A stretch of DNA of 44,563 nucleotides from a virus. Its lineage: Duplodnaviria > Caudoviricetes. Made by a program: the position numbers and the translations under genes. Below the pieces are notes generated by a model. It searched no databases. It saw nothing but the letters and a program-made list of their open reading frames with translations, and had not been told where the DNA came from. The first letter of the stretch is position 1, and every line of letters begins with the position of its first letter. The stretch covers positions 1-44,563 of the IMG/VR virus record IMGVR_UViG_3300037424_001871, one strand, 5' to 3'. Shown here piece after piece: positions 24,613 through 33,109 of this stretch.

Positions 24613-27600
24613 GTGGTCGACCTTCCGTCCATCCAGCGCTCGACGGCAACCACCGATCAGTTGACCTGGCGCGTCTCCGGGGCCGACATCGCCGCGCCGT
24701 CGCGGGCGATCGCCGATGCTCTGGCGCAGGGCGGCGAGGCTCTGGCGAACTACGAGCAGGCGGCCGCGGCCCACACCTACACGACGCTGGCGCAGGAAAT
24801 CCGCAACAAGGGCCAGCAGCTCGCGCAGGACGCAGGCAGCAACGCCGATGCGTTCAAAAAGAGTTGGGACGCCTATAGTTCTGACGTTCTGAAGAAGGCT
24901 CCGGGCAGCGCCCGCCGGCTGGTCGAAAACGACCTGTTCTCGGTCGGCGGCGAGTACCGTCGGCAGATTGTCGGTGACAACTACACGCGCGGCATCGCCA
25001 ACGCCAAGACGTCGATCGAGACCGAGATCAAGCGAACGCAGGCGACGCTTCTCAACATGGCCGCGCACGGCCAGATGAGCGGTCCCGAGTTCGAGGCGGT
25101 GAACGAGAAGTTCGGCGCTCTCAATGCGCAGTTGACCGGCAATCCCGCCTTCAAGGTGTCGGCAGAATCGCAGAAGTTCGCCGCCGACCAGTTCCAGGCC
25201 CAACTCGTCACCGAATCGGTGCGCCACGAGGTCGAGACCAGGTTCCGCGATTCGCCGGCGGAAGCCGTCCGCTATGCCACCGAAAAGCTCGCCGACCCGG
25301 ATCTCGGCCTCACCCCGGAGGAAAGCCGCAAGGCGATTGCCGACGCCACCGATTGGCTGACCAAGCTCTCCGCCGAGCAGATCGCCGACCGCACCGATTT
25401 CCGCGAGACGGCGCGCGACGTCATCGCCACGCTGACGGCGACCGACGCCTATGTCGCGCCGGAGGATATCGCGGTCCTCATCGCCCGTGGCAGCAACCTT
25501 CACGACCCGGCGACCGTCCGCCGCCTTCAGGATGCAGCCCGGCTCCGCGATCTCCGCACGACGTTCCGCGGCATGCCGGCCGGCCAGCAGAAACTCGACG
25601 CCTATACCGCCGCCACCGGCGCCCCGGCGACCGCCGCGCTTGCCGCGGTTCCCGACGCCTACCGCGGCACCGTGACCGACTCGGCCGCAAAGTATGGCGT
25701 GCCGGCCGGTTTGCTCGCCGCGCAGCTCCGGCAGGAATCGGGCTTCGATCCGAACGCGGTCAGCCCGAAGGGCGCCACCGGCATCGCGCAATTCATGCCG
25801 GCGACCGCTGTCGGCCTCGGCATCGATGCCACGGACCCGCAGCAGTCGATCGACGGCCAGGCCCGCATGATGAAGGCTTTGCTCGGCCACTACGCCGGCG
25901 ACGTCCGGCTGGCGCTTGCCGGCTACAATTGGGGCCAGGGCAACGTCGACAAGTGGCTCGCGGCCGGCGGCAATCCGGCCGACATGCCGGAGGAAACGCG
26001 CAACTACATCGCCGCGATCATTGGGACCGGAACCAGCGGAAAGCCGGTTTCGCAATTCATGGCCGTGGCTGATCCGGCTGGATTAATCACCGCCGGCAAC
26101 ATCGACCTCTTGGCGCGGCCGCAAGTCCGCAACAGCGACGGCTCGGTCTCCACCGTCCGGTCGATGTCATTTAGCGAAGATGGCAAGGAAATCCTGATCC
26201 CGACCGTCTCGAATGATGGCCGCATTCTTTCGGATCAAGAGGCTATCGACGCCTACCACAAGACAGGCAAATTCCTCGGCATCTTCGACGACGCAAAGTC
26301 GGCAAATGCTTACGCCAAACAGCTTCACCAGCAACAAGCCGGCTATTATGGGGTTGGGCCGTTCACCGGCGCGCACGATCCCGCCGTCATCACCGCCTAC
26401 CGCAAGGAGCTTGCCACCGACCTCGATGGCCTGCTGTCCGATGCAAAGGACGTCATCAAGCAGGGCTGGGGCCTCGATGAGAGCGCCGCCGGGATGCTGG
26501 TCGAATATGCCCGCGCCGTCGACGATCCGGCCAAGACGCGGCAGGTTCAGGATATCCTCGAGCAGACCGGCGGCAACGCGGTCAGCGACCTTCCGCCGGA
26601 ACAGCGTCAGATTTACCTCAATGCGCTGCTGTCGCCCGATGGCCCGGTCGGCGACCAGGCGGTGCGCGCCCGGCTGGTTGCGGCCGAGCAGGCCAACATC
26701 GCCCACCGCGAGCAACTGCTGAAGGATGCGCCGCTCCGCTACGGCATCGAGCGGCACTGGTTCGCCCCCGATCCGCCGATCGATGTCGGCAACCCAGAGG
26801 CACTCGGCCAGAACCTTGCCACCCGCCAGGCCAAGGTCGCCATCATCGACCAGCACGAAGGCGCCGCGCCGCGCTCGGTACTCTACCCGGAGGAGACGGC
26901 GGGCCTTGCCAACTGGTGGAAGAACCCGGCGACCACCGCCGATGCCAAGGTCGGCGTGCTCGCGACGATGGCGCAGTCGCTGAAGCCCGATACGCTGATG
27001 GCGACGCTTGCCGGTTTCGCCGGCAAAAGCGAGACGAAGATGCTGGCAATGGCCGGCGCCCTGGCGGCAACGAACCCGGACGCCAGCGCCGCCATCGTGC
27101 GCGGCGAGACGGTGCTTGTCACGAACCCGAAGTTCGGCTTCGACGCCGGCTCGGCCGACGACAAGGGCAAGCGCGATGCCTATTTCCCGGCGTCCGGCTT
27201 CGCCAATATCGCGGCATGGCAGGCGCTCAATGACGCCGCCAAGGCTGCTTATGCCGACGCTTCCGCGCGGGCCGGCGACACGTCGGGCGCGTTCTCCGAT
27301 GATCGCTGGCAGGCGGCGGTCGACCAGATCAGCGGCGGCATGGTCGAGTTCAACGGCGAGAAGACCGTTGCGCCGGCGCCGGCCGTCGACCAGGCGCGCT
27401 TCGACGGCATCATGGCGGCCCTGCCCCAAGACGCTTTTGCCGGCGCGGCCACCCTCGATGGGACGCCGATCACCAAGGATTTCGTGTCGCGCTACGGCCG
27501 CCTGAAGGCATATGCCGACGGGCGCTACAGCATCGAATTCGCCGGACCCGGCGGCGGCACGATGATCGCGATGCGGACGCCGCGCTCACCCAGCGAGGCC

Positions 27601-27759
27601 GGCATCAGCGGCCCGTTCGTCCTCGATCTCAGGCCGTGGCTCAATGCGTCGGCAGTCGACAACAGCTTCTTCGGCCATGTCGGCCGGCTGCTTGATCCGA
27701 GCTTCCTGTTCAATAATCCGTTCTCCAATCCGCTTGCCCCGTCGCCGCCGAGGCCGTGA
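24613..27759 (+). CDS. Internal virion protein with SLT lytic transglycosylase domain
   Basis: QESGFDPNAVSPKGATGIAQFMP and ALAGYNWG motifs. Confidence 0.85.
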   Translation: MVDLPSIQRSTATTDQLTWRVSGADIAAPSRAIADALAQGGEALANYEQAAAAHTYTTLAQEIRNKGQQLAQDAGSNADAFKKSWDAYSSDVLKKAPGSARRLVENDLFSVGGEYRRQIVGDNYTRGIANAKTSIETEIKRTQATLLNMAAHGQMSGPEFEAVNEKFGALNAQLTGNPAFKVSAESQKFAADQFQAQLVTESVRHEVETRFRDSPAEAVRYATEKLADPDLGLTPEESRKAIADATDWLTKLSAEQIADRTDFRETARDVIATLTATDAYVAPEDIAVLIARGSNLHDPATVRRLQDAARLRDLRTTFRGMPAGQQKLDAYTAATGAPATAALAAVPDAYRGTVTDSAAKYGVPAGLLAAQLRQESGFDPNAVSPKGATGIAQFMPATAVGLGIDATDPQQSIDGQARMMKALLGHYAGDVRLALAGYNWGQGNVDKWLAAGGNPADMPEETRNYIAAIIGTGTSGKPVSQFMAVADPAGLITAGNIDLLARPQVRNSDGSVSTVRSMSFSEDGKEILIPTVSNDGRILSDQEAIDAYHKTGKFLGIFDDAKSANAYAKQLHQQQAGYYGVGPFTGAHDPAVITAYRKELATDLDGLLSDAKDVIKQGWGLDESAAGMLVEYARAVDDPAKTRQVQDILEQTGGNAVSDLPPEQRQIYLNALLSPDGPVGDQAVRARLVAAEQANIAHREQLLKDAPLRYGIERHWFAPDPPIDVGNPEALGQNLATRQAKVAIIDQHEGAAPRSVLYPEETAGLANWWKNPATTADAKVGVLATMAQSLKPDTLMATLAGFAGKSETKMLAMAGALAATNPDASAAIVRGETVLVTNPKFGFDAGSADDKGKRDAYFPASGFANIAAWQALNDAAKAAYADASARAGDTSGAFSDDRWQAAVDQISGGMVEFNGEKTVAPAPAVDQARFDGIMAALPQDAFAGAATLDGTPITKDFVSRYGRLKAYADGRYSIEFAGPGGGTMIAMRTPRSPSEAGISGPFVLDLRPWLNASAVDNSFFGHVGRLLDPSFLFNNPFSNPLAPSPPRP

Positions 27760-30470
27760 TGCCGGGCCTCGACCTCTTCAACAACGCCGACTACGACTCC
27801 TTCGCCGCGACCCGGCAAGGCTGGGGGCCGGGCCTCGACACCTCGTTCGGCGAAAATTTCGGCCAGGCGTTCAACGAGAGCAACCGCGTCGGTCGCGATC
27901 TCAGGATGCAGCGCGACTCAATCCAGCACGTCCAGGACTGGATCGACAAATTCCAAGCCGCGACGGGCTATGCGCCGCCCAACCCGGAGCTCGCCCCCGA
28001 CCCGATTCTCGGTGCGCCGTCGATCAAGACCGCCTTCTATGAGCGCCTGGCAAAGGCCTATGCCAACGAACTGAAGAACCGGCCGGATCTTGGCCTGCCG
28101 GCGCCGCCGTCCGCCGATGAGGCCCGCATGGCCGCCGTCGAGGTCGAGCGCAAGCGGCTGGCAGAGGCGGGCGCACCGCGGCCGACCGATCTTTTCGGCG
28201 CCGCCGGCGGTGCCCTGGGCGGCATGGCTGGTGTCGCGGCCGATCCGATCAATCTCGGCTCCATGATCGTCGCCGTGCCGCCCGGCGCCGGTATCCTGTC
28301 CACCGCGCTCCGTCTCGGCGCCATCGGGGCCGGCGCCCAGGCGGCGATCGAGGTGGCGGGCGCGAGCGTCAATCGCGAAATCAATCCCGACTACGGCGTA
28401 GGTCAGGCCGCATTGAACATCGGCGGGGCCGCCGTCGGCGGGGCCGCCTTTGGGGCCGGAATCAAGGGGCTGGCCCGAATATGGTCACGGATCAGGCGCG
28501 CGCGGCCGCCTGTGGCGACGGAACGGCCGGCCGGTACTGAGGAGCCTGCCGCGCCGGAGGCCGCTCCTGCGCCTCCTGAGCCCGGCCAGACGGCATTCCC
28601 GCGCACCGTCATCGACGCCGGCAACGTCGTCGAGCGGCAGGCGCTGGTGTCCGAGGGCAATCCCTATCGCTCGGCCGGGCTGGATGGCGAAATGGCCCAC
28701 GCCCGCAACTACCAGGAAGCCGAGAAAGCGATTGTCGAAGGCCGCGCGCCGGAAATCCCGCAGGATCAGTTCGCGACCGGCGCCTGGCGGCCGGGCAAGG
28801 TCTTCACGTCGGGCGGTCACGAGGTTGGGGTCAGGTATGAGGTTGTCGAGGCGGACTCGCTGGTGGCGTCGCAACGGGCCGATCTTTCGCCCAATCCCGA
28901 CTATCCGGCTGCGCTGCAGCCGCGCGACCGGACGCGGGCGGCTTCAGCCGAGCAGGTTAACGAGATCGCCGCGCGGCTGAACCCCGAGCGGCTGGGGCCA
29001 TCGCCGGAAGCGGCGACCGGCGCCCCGGTCGTCGGGCCCGACAACGTAATCGAATCGGGCAACGGCCGCTGGCTGGCGCTGAAGCGGGCCTATGCCAATG
29101 ATGCGCCCGACGCCCCGATGTCGGCATGGCAAGTTGCCAATCGTCAGTCTGCCGTGGAATTTGCCGATAAGCTCGGCGTCACGCAGGAGATCGGCCGACT
29201 TGCCGCTGAGGGCAGAACGGCTCGCGAAATCGCCGCAACATTGGCCGGCCGATTGACCGAAGATGAGGTCCGGGCGGTTCGCGACAATCTCGGAATTGCT
29301 GGAGGTGAAGCGGGCGGGATGATCGGCGTTATGCCGAAACGGTCCAGCGCATCTGTCTATCGCGACTATCTCCGCGCCCAGGGCTTCGACACGACCGGCC
29401 TCCGCGAGCCCGTGCTGATCGCCCGGCGCACCACGCCGATGACCGAAGCCGAGCGCGTCGACTTCGCCGCCGCGGCGAACCGCTCCGTCACGGCGCGCAT
29501 GTCGGCGCCGGAACAGGCCGCGGCCGATGCGCGGCTCCTCGACGGCCCGGTGATCGCCAAGCTGGCCGAAGGCGGGATCGACAACGTCGACAACCGGCCT
29601 TTCGTGAAGGGCTTCTTCAAGAACCTGCCGCCAGAAGAGCGCGCGCCCCTAATCGATCGCCACGGTGTTCTGTCGACGGAAGGCATCCGGCGGGTTGAAG
29701 CAGCGATGCTCGCCCGCGCCTATGGCGACCCGGCGCTCCTCTCGCGCATCCTCGAGGACCCCGACAACAACATCAAGGCGCTGGCCGGCGCGCTCACCGA
29801 CACGGCGGGCGCCTGGGCCGGGATGCGGGACGCAGTTTCACGTGGAACTGTGCCCGCTGGCATGGACATCACGCCGGACCTCCTCGACGCGATGCGGCTG
29901 GTCGCCAAGGCGCGCGACGAACGGGTGAAGCTGCTGACGCTGGTCGACCAGCCAGAGATGTTCGCCGCGCCGTCGCCGTGGACGCGGGCTTTTCTCCATC
30001 CTCTCATGTTCCGCGACGAGGGCCTGACGAAGGCGGCGAGCCGGGCATCGGTGGCGCGCGGGCTGAAAGCCTATGCCGACGAGGCGATCAAGAATACGAC
30101 CGCCGAGAGGCTGTTCGGCAAGCCTGTGTCCGTTGGCGAGGTGCTGACTGCCGCGCTTGCCAAGGCCCGACGCGAAGACCTCGGTGTAGCCGCCGAAGAG
30201 GCGACCCTCCCGCTCCGCGCACGCGAGACGCTGGCGAAGCCCGAAGTCGACGACGCGGTGCTTCATCAACTGGATAATTTGCGGGATGAGGCGCAAGATG
30301 CCGGCAAGGAGCTTATGGTTCCCGATCCGAACGGCCTGCAGGACGCGGCCGGCAACCCGGTCATGCGGCCGGTGCGTGAACTGCTCGACGAGGCAGATGC
30401 CGAGATTGCGGCCGCGAAGAATATCGAGGCGTGCGCCGGCGGCGCGGACCTCTCGGCGGCAGCGGAGTAG
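27756..30470 (+). CDS. Internal virion protein with DdrB-like ParB domain
   Basis: YEVVEADSL...NPDYPAALQPRDR...LNPERLG...GAPVV...IESGNGR motif. Confidence 0.75.
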   Translation: MMPGLDLFNNADYDSFAATRQGWGPGLDTSFGENFGQAFNESNRVGRDLRMQRDSIQHVQDWIDKFQAATGYAPPNPELAPDPILGAPSIKTAFYERLAKAYANELKNRPDLGLPAPPSADEARMAAVEVERKRLAEAGAPRPTDLFGAAGGALGGMAGVAADPINLGSMIVAVPPGAGILSTALRLGAIGAGAQAAIEVAGASVNREINPDYGVGQAALNIGGAAVGGAAFGAGIKGLARIWSRIRRARPPVATERPAGTEEPAAPEAAPAPPEPGQTAFPRTVIDAGNVVERQALVSEGNPYRSAGLDGEMAHARNYQEAEKAIVEGRAPEIPQDQFATGAWRPGKVFTSGGHEVGVRYEVVEADSLVASQRADLSPNPDYPAALQPRDRTRAASAEQVNEIAARLNPERLGPSPEAATGAPVVGPDNVIESGNGRWLALKRAYANDAPDAPMSAWQVANRQSAVEFADKLGVTQEIGRLAAEGRTAREIAATLAGRLTEDEVRAVRDNLGIAGGEAGGMIGVMPKRSSASVYRDYLRAQGFDTTGLREPVLIARRTTPMTEAERVDFAAAANRSVTARMSAPEQAAADARLLDGPVIAKLAEGGIDNVDNRPFVKGFFKNLPPEERAPLIDRHGVLSTEGIRRVEAAMLARAYGDPALLSRILEDPDNNIKALAGALTDTAGAWAGMRDAVSRGTVPAGMDITPDLLDAMRLVAKARDERVKLLTLVDQPEMFAAPSPWTRAFLHPLMFRDEGLTKAASRASVARGLKAYADEAIKNTTAERLFGKPVSVGEVLTAALAKARREDLGVAAEEATLPLRARETLAKPEVDDAVLHQLDNLRDEAQDAGKELMVPDPNGLQDAAGNPVMRPVRELLDEADAEIAAAKNIEACAGGADLSAAAE

Positions 30471-30628
30471 GTGCAACCGATGGTTTTCATGTCACTCGGT
30501 AAAGCCGATTGCAGAACTTGCCATCTCAGGTCAAGCGCAGCGCAGGAATAGGATCGGAATATTTTGCATCGGTTTTGTCAGTTTGTCGAAAATTCGCAAA
30601 CTGGCCGAAATGCTTAACGGAGGGCTGA

Positions 30629-33100
30629 ATGCCCAGTCTGATCGCCAACTGCCTCGCCCGCCTCGTCAAGCAGGGCCTCGTCTCGCAGAAGGCCGCCGAC
30701 GCCGCCCAGGCGCTCCACGACGGGATGCAGGGCCGGCTCGGCGAGGAGATGGGGCCGGCGTCCGCCGATGCCGTCGCCGCGCTGGAAGCCGCCCGGATCA
30801 TGGGCGAGCAGGCGCGGCTTCGGAAGATCAGCATCGCGAAGCAGGTCATGCGCGACGTCGCCACTGGCGAGCGGCAGAAGCTCCATCCGAAGGGTCAAGC
30901 CGCCGGCCTCAACGGTATGCTCTCCCGCGACAATTTCGACTGGCACCCGCCCGGCAGTTCTGGCGCCGATGACGTCGACACCATCGCCGAGATCGTCAAT
31001 CGCTCCCTCGACCGCGAGATGACCGTCGGCCACGAAAACCTCCGGTCGACTTTTGCCGGGCTCAAGCAGGACCGGGCTCTCGGCAAGGCGGCGCTCGGCG
31101 AAATCTTCGGCGTCGATAGCGGCAATCAGGTCGCCAAGCAGATCGCCAAGGGCGTCAATGCAGCGAACGATCTCGGCGTGACGCGGGCGAAGGCGGGCGG
31201 AAAGCTGTTCAACACGCTGGAGGACTATCGCGTCCCCCAGGGCTGGCGCTCCGACATGGTGAGCCGCGTCACGGAACCAGAGTTCGTCAACGACCTCGTC
31301 GAGGCTTTCCGCGCCGGTGGCATCAAGGCGTTCATGACCAAGGAAGGCGGGCCGGCGGGTGAGTTGCAGATCCCCGCGCTCCTCCATGGCATGTACGAGG
31401 ACATCACCATCGGCGGCGGCAAGGGCGGCAAGGGCGCTGCATTCGCACCGCAGATGCGGGTGGTGCGCTTCGCTGAAGGTCAGAAGGGTTTCGACGCCTA
31501 CACCCGCCTCATGGACAAGTATGGCGGCGGCTCCGACCTCTACGCGATGCAGACGACGCACATGCATGCGATGGCGCGCGAGATTGCCCTGGTCGAGCAG
31601 TTCGGCCCGAACTACCGCGCGGTGTTCAGCCGGCGGCTCGCCGAAGCCCGCGCTGCCGAAACCGCGAAAAAGGGCAAATATATCCCGCTCCTCAACTCGG
31701 TTGGAACCGCGGAAAAGACGTTCAAGGTTCTCACTGGCGAGGCCTATACCGTGCAAAGCGAGTTCTGGGCCGGCCTCATGACGGGCATACGCGGCTGGCT
31801 GCGCGGCGTGCAGCTCGGCGGCGCAACTCTCGCCGCGGTGCCCGGCGACTCGGCGACCATCCTGCTTGCCGCCTCGCACAACGGCATCGACGGTGCCAAG
31901 ATCATCGCCAACATCGCCGCGACCCTTGCTGCCGATACGCCCGCCAAGCGGTCGCTGGCCGCTCGCCTCAACGTGCAGGCATACGCCACCGCCGACGGCC
32001 TCTCGTCAGGTGGGCGCGCCTTCATGGCTTGGTCCGATCCGAAGAACATCGGGACCAAGGTCGCCGATTTCATCATTCGTGCTTCCGGCCTGCAGGTCTG
32101 GACGGACACCGCCCGGCGTGAGTTCGCTATGGCCTTTCTCGGCGCCGTCGGTGAGCGCGTCGGGTTGCCGTTCAAGAAGCTCGACGGCCCCTTTGCCCGC
32201 TTCCTGACCCGCTATCAGATCACACCGGCCGAATGGGACGTGCTGCGCGCCTCGCCACTCCTCGACGCCGATGGCGCGCGTTACTTCGATATCATGTCGG
32301 TGGCCGATCCGAAGCTCGGCGAAAAGCTGATGGGCGGCATCATCGGCGAGCGCAAGTTTGCCGTGGTCGAACCCGACGCGCGCGTTCAGGGCATCCTCTC
32401 ACCCGGAGCTCCGCGCGGCTCCTTCGTTGGCGAAACCGTCGCCTCGGGCGCGATGTACCACTCGTTTTCGATGTCGATGGCGAACACCCACATGATGCGC
32501 GGCGCCATGCAGAACACCGGCATTTCACGCGCCGCTTACTTCGCCAAGCTTGCCACCGCCACCACGATTGCCGGGGCGATGACCGTCGTCGCCAAGGACA
32601 TCTTTTATGGCAAAGACCCTCGGCGGATGAACACGTCGTCGTTCTGGGCGCAAGCTGCGTTGCAGGGGGGCGGCGCCGGCATCTTCGGCGACTTTTTCTC
32701 GGCGGCGACGAACCGCTCCGGTCACGGCATCGCCACCACGCTCGGCGGTCCGGTCGTCGGCCTGGTGAGCGATACCTTCGACACCTTTGTCATGCCGTTT
32801 GGCGAATTCTTTGACCCAAACAAGACTTGGGGCCAGGCGCTTCGCGGCGCCGAGGAAAAGTGGGGGCAGGGCCTTGCCCAATATGTGAAGCGGAGCCTCA
32901 ACCCCGAGACGTTCTACACGCGCCTTTTCATGGAACGTATGGTGTTCGACCAGATCCAGTCCCTCCTCGACCCGCAGTATCGAAAGAGCTGGCAGCGCAC
33001 CGCCGACAATCTTAAGAAGCAGACGGGCAATGCGTTCTACTGGCGCCCGGGCGACCGCGCCCCGAGCCGCGCGCCCGATCTTGGGAACGTCATCCAATAG
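30629..33100 (+). CDS. Large internal virion (ejection) protein
   Basis: 823 aa helical protein; C-terminal QGGGAGIFGDF...GPVVG...YWRPG typical of BPP-1-like ejection proteins. Confidence 0.75.
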   Translation: MPSLIANCLARLVKQGLVSQKAADAAQALHDGMQGRLGEEMGPASADAVAALEAARIMGEQARLRKISIAKQVMRDVATGERQKLHPKGQAAGLNGMLSRDNFDWHPPGSSGADDVDTIAEIVNRSLDREMTVGHENLRSTFAGLKQDRALGKAALGEIFGVDSGNQVAKQIAKGVNAANDLGVTRAKAGGKLFNTLEDYRVPQGWRSDMVSRVTEPEFVNDLVEAFRAGGIKAFMTKEGGPAGELQIPALLHGMYEDITIGGGKGGKGAAFAPQMRVVRFAEGQKGFDAYTRLMDKYGGGSDLYAMQTTHMHAMAREIALVEQFGPNYRAVFSRRLAEARAAETAKKGKYIPLLNSVGTAEKTFKVLTGEAYTVQSEFWAGLMTGIRGWLRGVQLGGATLAAVPGDSATILLAASHNGIDGAKIIANIAATLAADTPAKRSLAARLNVQAYATADGLSSGGRAFMAWSDPKNIGTKVADFIIRASGLQVWTDTARREFAMAFLGAVGERVGLPFKKLDGPFARFLTRYQITPAEWDVLRASPLLDADGARYFDIMSVADPKLGEKLMGGIIGERKFAVVEPDARVQGILSPGAPRGSFVGETVASGAMYHSFSMSMANTHMMRGAMQNTGISRAAYFAKLATATTIAGAMTVVAKDIFYGKDPRRMNTSSFWAQAALQGGGAGIFGDFFSAATNRSGHGIATTLGGPVVGLVSDTFDTFVMPFGEFFDPNKTWGQALRGAEEKWGQGLAQYVKRSLNPETFYTRLFMERMVFDQIQSLLDPQYRKSWQRTADNLKKQTGNAFYWRPGDRAPSRAPDLGNVIQ

Positions 33101-33109
33101 GAAGTCCCG

